Assembly: GCA_043228905.1 (NCBI GenBank)
Contig: JBHGNT010000014.1
Span: 2,604,001-2,668,000 of the forward strand
DNA: 64,000 bases
DNA from: Azolla caroliniana
Taxonomy: Eukaryota > Plantae > Polypodiophyta
Direction: 5' to 3'
Below the pieces are notes generated by a model. It did no database searches. It was not told the DNA's origin and saw only the letters and a program-made list of their open reading frames with translations. Position numbers and translations under genes: made by a program. Shown here one piece after another: positions 39,201 to 47,135 of the stretch (position 1 is its first letter; every line of letters begins with the position of its first letter).

Positions 39201-42200
39201 GAACTACGCAAAAAGTTCTACGACTACCTAAGAGCTAGGGGCTACTCGTCAAAATTCCTACTCAAGTGTTTTTCGACCGTCCCCTACTCCATACGAAACC
39301 AACTACTCTCTAACCAACTGAACAACAAAAAACCTCCACCCATTGTTTTTAAGCTTCATTACTCCCCACGTATCAGAAAACTCCAAATCGGAGCGCTCGT
39401 GAGAAACAAACTTAAACCCCTTCTAGGTCAACCACAATATAGTTCCACCCCCTCTCATGTGTTGGCTAAATGGTAAAAAACTAAGAAACCACCTAGTACA
39501 CTCATCCTTTCCCCCCACCTAAAGTTTTGTGTACTCTCACCCCTCTTAACCCCCACCTAAAGTCTTGTGTACACTCTTTTACCTTCCCTTTGTACACACT
39601 TTTGTATATCCCACATACAAAAGACTCTCCTCCCTCTCCCTATAAAAAGAGCAACCTAGTAGGCTTAGTTTTCATCATTTGTACATCGGGCACTAAAGAG
39701 CCTCCATCGAGGCGAAATGCATTTGCCGATCGTTGCCTTATGATAGTAAAACTTTCTTTCCTTCTATGTGTTGCTCTCATCTATTTTTTTGTCTTAGGTT
39801 CTGAAGTACTTATTTAATCAATTTTTATTAAGTACTTGTTTAATCACATTTTTGTCAAATTTTTTTGTCTTAAGTTTTTAAGTATTTATTTAATCATTTT
39901 TTATTAAGTACTTGTTTAACCCCCTTTTTTAAGTACTTGTTCAATCATTTTTTAGTCTAGCTTTTTGTTTAAACATTTGTTTAAGTATTCTCCTCTCTTA
40001 ATCATAATCATCCTCTTCTTAGCCATGACCCCTTTTCTTTAATCATAATCCCTCCCTTCTCTTTTAATCATAACCTTGCTTTAAGTGTTTGTCGAAGAGT
40101 TTTCTTATCTAAGTATTTGTTTAAACATTCGTTTAAGTACTTTGGATTGGGTTTGTTGTAGGAGTTGCCATTTTGTTTCCACTTGCCTTTACTTTTCTCA
40201 TGGAGAAGCATCTCATTAGAAGTTTTGGCCTTTTCTTCTTTTTTGCCCTGTCTTGTAGCATGCCAAAAATGTATTCATATTGAGTGTGTTGGTAAGAAGA
40301 GAAATTGTGTCACAAAAGGCTGAGAATGATCCAAGCAATTTGATCATTAGATGATGCACAAACTCAAATTCGGTTTACTTGCTCCCCACGAAAACTAGCT
40401 CCTTTTGGAGAGTAACAAATTGTGTGATTTGATCCATGATGTTTGGAGTGTCATGAATTTTGAGATTTGCTAGTAAGAAAGGAAAAAAAATCCTCTTAAG
40501 GGTGGGAGGGTGGGATAAAAGAAGATAGGCTTTTGTGCTCTTTGGCAAAAAAATCAGGCCAAGGCTATTGGAGACCTCATTGCTCTGATACCATGTGAGA
40601 AAAGTTGTTAACAGCAATAGTGGAACAATTGTTAGAAAAAATAGCCGCAGCCAAGCTATTAGAAGATTGTTAGTCAGTAATAGCAAAAATAGTCGCTAGT
40701 AGCAGCAAAAATAAAGCTCTTACAAAAGATGCTGGTATAGCCTATTTATACAAAATTAGGGAAAGTGGGTAAAATGGGTAAAATGGTTGTTTGGTAGTTA
40801 AGTGACTCTTGTAGTACCAAATAGGTACAATAAAAGAGGAATACAAGTGAATATCTTGGAAAAGTGGAAGAGAGAAGGCATTTAGAGCCAAAAAGGTCCA
40901 ACGAGTTATTATAGATTGATCTCTCGTCAACAAATTGTGTTGTTGATTCTAGAAGGCATTTATATCTTGGAAAAATGGAAGAGAGAAGGCATTTAAAGAG
41001 TTGCAAATTCTAGAGAGAGAAGAATCTAGGAAGAAAGATAATAAAGATGAAAGAGAGTGCAAGTCTGGAGCTTTCGAGAGCTTTCACATGGAAGGGTCAA
41101 AATATATTGAAATAGGAGTCCTTGGGTACTTACAAATCTTAGCTATTGCAAGAAATCTCATCATCCATGCACGAACAATACTATCATTATGTGAGGGAGC
41201 AATTCCATGCATGAACAAAACACATTAGGTGCACTATCATTGAATTGGCTAAGTCATTGGGAGCTATGGTTTACCGACGAAGTTTGTATGGAAAGCCACG
41301 AGATGCGCATTGGTGTCATCTTTGGCACAGTACTTCAGGTAAGGATACAACATGATCTCTTCTACGAGGAAGTTTTGAAAACAGTTAGAATGTTGTGAAG
41401 TAGTCGCCAAAGGATGGGAGCCAAGTACAAACAGGCATAGTCGCTAAAGGGCGCTTGATCACCAGTTGTCTGGCAATGTGTTGGTCACTGGTTTTTGTCT
41501 TTGTTTTACACTATTTAGTTAATTACCGGTCAAAAATCTCACTTAGAAACCTGTCATCACATAACAATAAAGAGTTAAGAAGGTGGAGAAGAATTGACAA
41601 TGTTATAATTGCTTAAGGGAGTTTATGACATTAATCTACATTGATGACAATTATCTCTGCTAATCACTCTAATCTCTGAGACGTCTACCTCTATTTAACT
41701 ATTTCATCTACCTTTGACATAGGTGTCCGCCTGTGCTTTTATAGCTATGATAAGATTGTGCTTCCATCACCTCTCTGTTAGTACATACCATATTCAATGC
41801 CTATTCAGCTCTTCACTCCTCTCTCCATCATTGACTATCTTCTCTTATTCTATTTGATCATCTTGTATGCGGTCAAAATATGGTTCTTTTCCCTGAAATT
41901 AAATAGTCAAACCAGAGATTGCCAACATTTTCATGGTTTGTGGCTGGTTTCATACTAGGATAATTTGCAACAGATTGCCAACATTTTCATGGTGGAGGAA
42001 TTCAGGCTGTCCCAAGATGCCCGAGGATATACAAATTACCGCTTAAAAGACAGCCTGCAATGGCCAATATCTAATGTCACTACATTTGTGGCTGGTTTCA
42101 TACTAGGATAATTTGCAACAGATGGCCAACATTTGCATAGTGGAGCAATTCAGTCTGTCTCAAGCTGCCCGAGGATATACAGATTACCACTTAAAAGACA

Positions 42201-44076
42201 GCCTGCAATGGCCAATATCTAATGTCATTACTGAGGACGTGATCCATTCACACATTCTACCTCTCCTAGATGTCTATTTGTCGTTTCTACCATATATTCC
42301 ATGTTACTTGTTCCCACGGTGCCTGTATCATACGATCACAGCAAAGTAGGGCAGTTATCTAAGATTTTGTCAAATTTAATTTTGCTATATTTTACATGTC
42401 TTACAGAGTTCTATGAATTAAGTTTTGGTCTCATAGGTCACATTTGACCTCCTGAAGACTGTTGTATACTATTATTTTTTCATTTCTCTTGATCAAACAA
42501 ACAGCTCCCTCTTCACATTTAATAGTCAGTGTTTACTGAAATGAATATATGTGGGATAGATGCACCTTCTCTTATCTAAGAAGATATAACATGATGCATG
42601 TCTCTCAAGGTCAATCACTGTCAAAATGTGAATATGCAGCCTAAAGACAGGTGACCAGTGTCATACTAGGGAATGTAGCTTATAGTACTAAATGACAACA
42701 AATGCTTCTTTTGGAGTCTCTGCTTTTTAAATCTTTTTCATCTTCGCCATTTCATCATGCCTAAGCTAAAGGATAAGTATTGGGATATGTCCCATACCAG
42801 TATTTTTGTTTGAATTGAATTTTTTATTATATGAACAAAGGACCTACATATCTCAATGACCTATCTTGAGATACAATATAAAATTTGGAATTTAAATAAA
42901 TAATAGTCAATTTTTACATGTAGGAGATAAGGCCCTATATGATAAAGCTTCATCTCTGCTTGATGTGATGGGCAAGGTGAATATTTTCAATAGATGTTCC
43001 ATAATTGATGTCTTTCAATATTTCTACCTTGTGCGCATGGACTTATGCTAACCTGTTCTACCTTATGGTTTAGTCAAGGTTTTACTTGGGTGAAGTGGGG
43101 AATGGTGCAGCTATGAAGTTGATAATTAACATGGTAATGGGAAGGTGAGTTAATGGCCTACTAAACTAAAGTTATATTGTTGGTGTAATATCATATTTTC
43201 TCTTACTTACTGTGTTTGCTTACACTCATATATTTTTGTAGCATGATGACATCCTTTTCTGAGGGGCTTGTTCTAGGAGAGAAGGTTGGGTTGGATCCAA
43301 GTGTTATAATTGAGGTAGGATTTACAAGATGAATCTAATTAATTCCCTTGATTGAAGCAAAAACATTTAGCATATTTAGAACTTACTATGTAATCCATTT
43401 CGTGCTTACACACATCTATGTGGAGCATCAAGCTGTTTCAGGTTTAGCATTGTTTTCTGAGTGCTCTTATATTACCACAATTGAGTTGAAGTTTTTGGCA
43501 GATGGATCCAACTTATTGAACTGCATTACTATCACATTTTTCATGCATACCCATCTCTACCTCAAACATATAAAGGTTTAGAGCATTAGACTAGGCATAG
43601 TTTATCTAGCCCCTTAATGCATTGTCATTGAAACAGTTGTAAACTTTGGGTTGATTCAGTACCTTTGGGTTTCTTGTGACTAGGTCATCTCACAAGGTGC
43701 AATCAATGCACCTATGTTCTCAATGAAGGGCCCCTCGATGGTTAAAGCTAGTTTTCCTGCTGCCTTCCCCCTAAAGCATCAACAAAAAGTAAGTGTTATT
43801 TTCATAGGTTGTTCCTGGAGTGTTATTTTCATAGGTTGTTCCTGGTTTTAATACTCTCAGGAAAGGTTTTTTACTGGGATGGGAAATGAAAGTCCTTTTC
43901 TGTATTCTATTGTAATGCAGGATTTAAGGTTAGCATTGCAATTGGCAGAATCCGTATCTCAACCAATCCCAGTTGCAGCAGCAGCAAATGAAATATATAA
44001 ACAAGCCAAGTGTGAAGGCCTTGGGGACCTTGACTTTTCGGCAGTTATTGAAACAATAAAACCTGAGCAACAATAA
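17001..44076 (+). CDS. GLYR2: Glyoxylate/succinic semialdehyde reductase 2, chloroplastic (beta-hydroxyacid dehydrogenase family), 12 exons, 340 aa
   Basis: Exons: 17001-17139, 17244-17325, 20896-20961, 26514-26589, 26683-26738, 29637-29721, 30579-30639, 42924-42976, 43074-43144, 43242-43314, 43684-43788, 43921-44076. They join in frame to 1023 nt. The protein has an S/R/P-rich transit peptide, then [77 protein letters not shown] and DFSAVIE, all recognisable from plant GLYR2. Confidence 0.95.
18780..19750 (+). mobile_element. Degenerate non-LTR retrotransposon fragment (RT and C-terminal Cys/His motif), GLYR2 intron 2
   Basis: [14 protein letters not shown]...[14 protein letters not shown] (LINE RT) and [30 protein letters not shown]. 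Confidence 0.75.
21082..26365 (+). mobile_element. Intact Ty1/Copia element (family C) in GLYR2 intron 3; 456-bp LTRs at 21082-21537 and 25910-26365
   Basis: TG...CA LTRs with no difference seen by eye. TSD GAATC at 21077-21081 and 26366-26370. PBS TGGTATCAGAGC at 21538-21549. PPT GAGAGGAGG at 25901-25909. Confidence 0.97.
21769..25902 (+). CDS. Copia gag-pol polyprotein, 1377 aa, uninterrupted
   Basis: [14 protein letters not shown] knuckle, [11 protein letters not shown] protease, WHARFGH...CIAC and [23 protein letters not shown] integrase, [26 protein letters not shown] RNase H, in Copia domain order. Confidence 0.97.
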   Translation: MASHATIVSSTIPQLPKESILDGNNYLDWELQIKTLLQYHRLWNVVNGSDKKPPVTSSSSTKSVAGSSNAEIEAWLDKDSRAHAFLMFNIKPSIARQFQDKDDETANELWTAIKRRYHRANHAQMIAIESQLANLKIHDTPNIMDQITEFVTLQKELVSLGSKSTEVEFVHRLMIKLPESFSAFCDTISLLPNTPDMNTFLGMLQDRATRKKSAQTSNETLLHATSKGKWKQNGNSYNKPNPRPPNNPAYKELTCHYCGYKGHIQPDCRKKKRDNAKNSSSTRNQPTPKSNSAHSAKETVFLGIEEHTSHLAGPTTSTIDEWLVDSGATSHMTYDKSILHDVKPSSSQISIGDASSIEASCVGNVVLDNSSSEEPVVLQDVLHVPRISTNLLSVYKITMQGYGVYFDSSVLEVIDTNSLQIVASGTQEGGLYRLKSSHSPLENSKSHLLHLLQGSHALVAQEDPTLWHARFGHLNYDSLQKLSSSQLVEGLPIFKSPNTPCIACLHGKQHREPFPHEATHRATSILELVHMDLCGPMKTTTLGGARYFMLIIDDFSRKVWVYFLVEKSQAFAKFQEWVALVENETSKKVRKIRSDNGGEFISKAFDHFCSQRGIARQFSTPNTPQQNGVVERKNRTVQEMARTMLSQSDLPLSFWGEAVNTAVYIINCCPTKAVARMTPEEAFTGVKPSVSHFKVFGCDAYVHISDHKRTKFESKTKKCKFLGYSTQSKAYRLWDLESKSLVISRDVHFVESQPDDSRILPEFMVEIQAPPESPILDEDVSSSSLPSPPTQSLTSPTIQTSPSTPLVSTPSTNQLPPLPKWLQATIRDSHLSDAELHEYTSGSRTRKSQRPLHSCNFALLCTVVQSKEPTTAKEALVLPKWKAAMEVELDSIERNHTWELVPRPPHRQVIGLKWIFKTKYHADGTLDKHKARLVAKGYSQVEGVDYEETFAPTARYTSIRCALALAAHNKWAIFQMDVKSAFLNGDLKEEVYVEQPPGFEILEQKNMVYKLHKALYGLKQAPKAWHDKIDSFFLSLGFQNCNADSNFYVFSQDNLLCLIILYVDDLLITGSLASKIEEVRADLKTTFEMTDLGLLHYFIGMEVYQSHGGIFLSQHRYLRQLLETYSMTNCKPLSCPMDPNSKLSREDDSPIFEDITKYRRLIGSLLHLTYTRPDLSYSVSILSQFSTAPRQSHWQAAIRVLRYLANTLDYGLSFRGGIELVGYSDADWAGDIDSRRSTSGYCFMLGSGLISWKSKKQNSVSTSSTEAEYRAYLDTCCELLWLMQLFSHIGVLQTSPIAVFTDSQSARALAHSSAFHGRTKHIEVHYHFVRDLVKSQVINLAYCPTQENVADLFTKPLPRQAIDQLLDRLNVGLPFWS
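27480..27720 (-). mobile_element. 3' fragment of the same non-LTR family as 18780-19750, GLYR2 intron 5
   Basis: [39 protein letters not shown] closely matches 19567-19665 in inverted orientation. Confidence 0.75.
31150..32645 (+). mobile_element. 5' part of a LINE: coiled-coil ORF1 and start of APE endonuclease ORF2 (RTEX/CR1-style ORF1)
   Basis: ORFs 31436-32101 (coiled coil) and 32029-32376 (TWRVGR...LIIRF...KIYLDDDLT...[10 protein letters not shown]), followed by 32383-32640 (IWNCNGS...IVMYTEPH...[13 protein letters not shown] motifs). Confidence 0.75.
34190..36003 (-). mobile_element. Ty3/Gypsy-like fragment: one LTR (about 35372-36003) plus degenerate gag, related to 7890-10258
   Basis: ORFs 34703-34954 ([14 protein letters not shown]...FLGFFH) and 34145-34639 ([20 protein letters not shown]...[14 protein letters not shown]) are homologous to the gag at 8274-9238. 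PBS-like TGGCACAGTTGG after a CTTT spacer. Confidence 0.72.
36286..38850 (-). mobile_element. Penelope-like element (PLE), internally deleted copy: N-terminal ORF remnants, RT C-terminal palm/thumb and 3' UTR with hammerhead motif
   Basis: [13 protein letters not shown]...[11 protein letters not shown]...[37 protein letters not shown]...[11 protein letters not shown] follows the PLE RT motif 5-7 and thumb pattern (LD, QK.LN.Y.Y.P..S.HP, GF...EL.R, RGYP). Confidence 0.85.
36874..36919 (-). ncRNA. Second, identical copy of the hammerhead ribozyme motif
   Basis: Exact reverse complement of 39685-39730. Confidence 0.8.
38851..40144 (+). mobile_element. Penelope-like element, 5'-truncated inverted copy (RT C-terminus and 3' UTR with hammerhead motif)
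   Basis: ORF 38964-39476 plus upstream LLYYKR. 38902-40144 is the reverse complement of 36473-37701. A +1 frame ending [22 protein letters not shown] stops at 39520-39522. Confidence 0.85.
39685..39730 (+). ncRNA. Minimal type I hammerhead ribozyme motif (G5A variant, probably inactive)
   Basis: ATCGGGCA-CTAAAGA-GCCTC-CATC-GAGGC-GAAA-TGCA-TT-TGCCGAT. It has stem I (one bulged G), a CUGANGA-like box, a perfect 5-bp stem II with tetraloop, the GAAA box, a palindromic ATGCAT stem III and a UH site. Confidence 0.8.
40145..41088 (-). mobile_element. Truncated, diverged relative of Copia family C: 5' LTR (40594-~41088), PBS (40582-40593) and deleted gag
   Basis: [42 protein letters not shown] matches the gag of 21769-25902, and the LTR aligns with 21082-21537. 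Confidence 0.88.
41938..42232. repeat. Tandem duplication, about 147-bp unit, GLYR2 intron 7
   Basis: TTTGTGGCTGGTTTCATACTAGGATAATTTGCAACAGAT...GCCAATATCTAATGTCA occurs twice. Confidence 0.85.
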
Positions 44077-44428
44077 TCCCCTGATCCCTGAGCTTCGCAA
44101 TTATTTGTCATTTTTTACAGAGATCACAGTTCTTGTAATTAATTGTGACTGTTTGAATGAAGGTGTCTTCTCTGTTCCTCCCACACATTGACATGTTAAA
44201 TCGTTACATCTTTTCTTTGAAGAACATGAATTTGTAGAGAAAAAACTGTGAGAAGTGGGAAGTAGTTATATCTTTTCTTTGAAGAACATGCACTTCATCC
44301 AAATGCCAACTTTTCTCGTACTGCACATGTACATTTCTAAAACAAATTCTGCAAGAGAAGTCGGAAATACATCTCCTGTCATAAACCATAGGGAACTAAC
44401 TCTATATATGTACACGTTACACTACCAT

Positions 44429-44703
44429 AGTATGATTCTATCATATTTATACATTTATTGTTACTGAGGCCAGAGCCAAGGGACATAAACATACATTGTT
44501 TAGTAAAACTACAAACAAAGTTTAGCCATATGAAGGTTTTAGAAAATAGCTTTAGGCATATGAACACAGTATGATTCTATCATATTTATACATTTATTGT
44601 TACTGAGGCCATAGCCAAGGGACATAAATATGCATTGTTTAGTAAAACTACAAACAAAGTTTAGCCATATGAAGGTTTTAGAAAATAGCTTTAGCCATAT
44701 GAG
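44429..44703. repeat. Tandem duplication, 139-bp unit, between the GLYR2 and TEN1 3' ends
   Basis: AGTATGATTCTATCATATTTATAC... starts at 44429 and again at 44568. Confidence 0.88.
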
Positions 44704-45103
44704 TCTATACACAAACCAATATCAAATTCTATCTGTTGACAGTCTATTTTTTTGTTTCCATTAATGCCACTATCAAAAGATTCAACCCTAATTGTGTCCG
44801 ACTTCTGCATGCCTTCCACAATTTTGGTTTGGGAGGATTATGAGATGTATGCACTACCTCATCCTTGGCAGTTTTGACTTGAACAATTGAAGGAAAATCT
44901 TGGCCCAGAACAAAAAACTGCAATATGTGCATTGATGATTCTAAAAGCCAAAGTGCAATCAATTGAAATAAATATAGACATAATTACATCAAAGATATGT
45001 CCTGATCCCAAGAAATAATGAGTCTATACTTGTGATACCAAAATTTTCAGTCAATCTACGTTTGATACCAAAGTTTTCCAAGATTTTAACCTTGAGTATG
45101 ACT

Positions 45104-46815
45104 TTAATACTTTGCCTCAAATTTACGACGTAATTCCAATGCCTTGTCGTAGAGCTTAATGTCAAGACCATCCACATTCCGACCAACTCTGGCTTGCAAA
45201 TACATCTAGCACAACAGTGCAATGATTAGTGTAGGAAATAGCATGTGCATAAAATGTTTTCAATAGGCCTAAAGGGATTTATTTGCAGCCACCCCAAAAC
45301 ATCTGTATTAAACGAAATCAATCTTAAAAAAGACATACGGTATTGGCATAAATTCACATGAAGAAAATAGCTTTCTTGCCCAAACTCTGGCTTGCAAATA
45401 AATCTAGCACAACAATGCAATGATTAGTGTAGGAAACAGCGTGTGCATAAAATGTTTTCAATAGGCCTAAGGGGGTTTATTTTCAGCCCCCCAAAAAACG
45501 TCTGTATTAAACGAAATCAATCTTAAAAAAAGATGTGGTATTGGCATAAATTCACATGATGAAAATAGCTTTCCTGCCCAAAGGTTTGTTGGAAATGTGA
45601 AGTAAACAATTTTGCTGAGAACTCGGCAGAATGAATGCCGCAAGATACATGTAGACATCCACACCACATTTCATCAAACAGGATTCTTTAAAGGCCTAGG
45701 GTTTGAAGGTTAGGGCTTCTTTGAAGGTCTTAGGGTTTAGGGTTCAGAGTGTAATATGGATTCTTCTGGTTTGATTATAGCATATACATTCTAAAATTGA
45801 AACAAATGGCATGTAATTCATCCAATATAAGTGTATAGCCATTAGGTTGTATCACCTTCCATTTCCTCACACAGAACCCACTGTGCAGCAAATATCTACA
45901 ATCTCATGTGCTCATTGATTTCATATTCTCCTTCGCTGTAACAAATGCACGTTGCTTAAATGATCTTGCTACTTGTTTCATATGAAGAAAACATCATTTT
46001 CAGCCAAAATAGAAGTAGTCACTTCACAATCCACACAAAGATAAAATACCCAACCTTTGTATGTCAATCATAAATGTCTACACTATCTGAATGCAAACGT
46101 GAGAGTAGGAGGCATATGATGATAAAGATGGTGATGATGATGAAGTGCAGCAAATATCTACGATCTCATATGCTCATTTGCTGTAACAAATGCACATTAT
46201 TTAAATGAACTTGCTATTTGTTTCATAAGAAGAAGACATCATTATCAGCCAAAACAGAAATAGTCACTTCACGATCCACACAAAGAATTATTCCGAAAAT
46301 ATCCAACCTTTGTATGTCAATCACAAATGTCTGCACTATCTGAATGCAAACATGAGAGTAGGAGACATATGATGATAAAGATGACGATGACGATGATGAC
46401 GCAAGACAAACCTGTTGGTTCGGAGGAATGCTAATCTCTCCAATGAACTGAAACAAGGATCCAGAACGAAGGTGAAGATCACGAATGTGTTCTACTCCCA
46501 CTCTGAGTGTAGCACCCCCTTCCTCGGAGATGAGAGCCATGTCGGACTCGAGGTCGTAGCTCTGAAGCCTGAGTTTTTAAATAAATAAAAAGCGAGAAAA
46601 TGGCGAAAAGGAAGAAAGACCAGTGAGACCAAAGACTGTTTCTTGTCATCATCATCATCATCATCATCATCAGAGAGAGAGAGAGACCTTCCTGTGACGC
46701 GATATGAGCCGGAAGGATCAAAGAAAGGAGAAGATGGATGGAGTTCTCGGAGGCGGACGACGGTGCCTGCCTTTAAGCCAGAAGAAGCAGAAGGAGCAGG
46801 AGAAGGGGTCTCCAT
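45104..46815 (-). CDS. TEN1: CST complex subunit TEN1 (telomere-capping OB fold), 3 exons, 128 aa
   Basis: Exons 46815-46688, 46568-46412 and 45205-45104 join in frame with GT-AG introns (387 nt). Translation: ...GTVVRLRELHPSSPFFDPSGSYRVTGRLQSYD...LRSGSLFQFIGEI...LQARVGRNVDGLDIKLYDKALELRRKF, which matches plant TEN1 motifs. Confidence 0.93.
45185..45582. repeat. 198-bp tandem duplication spanning the TEN1 exon 3 acceptor
   Basis: AACTCTGGCTTGCAAATA.ATCTAGCACAACA occurs at 45185 and 45383. Confidence 0.88.
45883..46400. repeat. Tandem duplication of about 260 bp in TEN1 intron 2
   Basis: GTGCAGCAAATATCTAC...GATAAAGATG occurs twice. Confidence 0.85.
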
Positions 46816-46946
46816 AGCTAAGCGATCTAAGGTTGTGTCTCCTCCTCTAGCAGATAGCCATGGGGTAGCAGCAATCAATCAGGAAGCAGGAAGCAGCTCT
46901 CTCAGCTTATCCCATGGCGGCGGCGGCGGAGGAGGAGGAGCCTGGT

Positions 46947-47135
46947 TATACGTATATGTATACGTATACGTATACGTCTATGTATAACGTATAACGTATA
47001 ATGTATATGTATATGTATACAGTATATGTATGTATGTAGCGATATGTACATATATGTATGTACATATACATGTATGTATGTGGCAATACATACATAGATA
47101 TACATATACATATAATATATTATACGTATACATAC
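46947..47135. repeat. Degenerate alternating purine-pyrimidine (TAYRTA-type) microsatellite upstream of TEN1
   Basis: Continuous TATACG/TATGTA/TACATA runs. Confidence 0.85.

Larger units (their letters stand above)
36473..40144. repeat. Long inverted repeat: arms 36473-37701 and 38902-40144, spacer about 1.2 kb
   Basis: ORFs 36799-37077(-) and 39527-39817(+) have identical translations over about 90 aa. The arms differ by scattered substitutions and small indels. Confidence 0.95.

Noticed and set aside
36799-39817. Twin ORFs 36799-37077(-) and 39527-39817(+) as a small protein gene
   Set aside because: They have non-ATG starts and no motif, and they overlap the PLE 3' UTR and hammerhead. 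Their identity just reflects the inverted repeat.
45697-45746. TTTAGGG-like motifs here and at about 7450-7580 as interstitial telomere arrays
   Set aside because: At most two consecutive units, which is common telo-box-like background.
36286-46815. Functional link between the telomerase-related PLE and neighbouring TEN1
   Set aside because: Only proximity supports it. The PLE is a decayed intronic insertion with no telomeric repeats attached.
46816-46878. N-terminal extension of TEN1 given by the ORF track (MIAATPW...)
   Set aside because: It begins at a non-ATG codon. The ATG at 46815 gives 128 aa, the normal TEN1 size.
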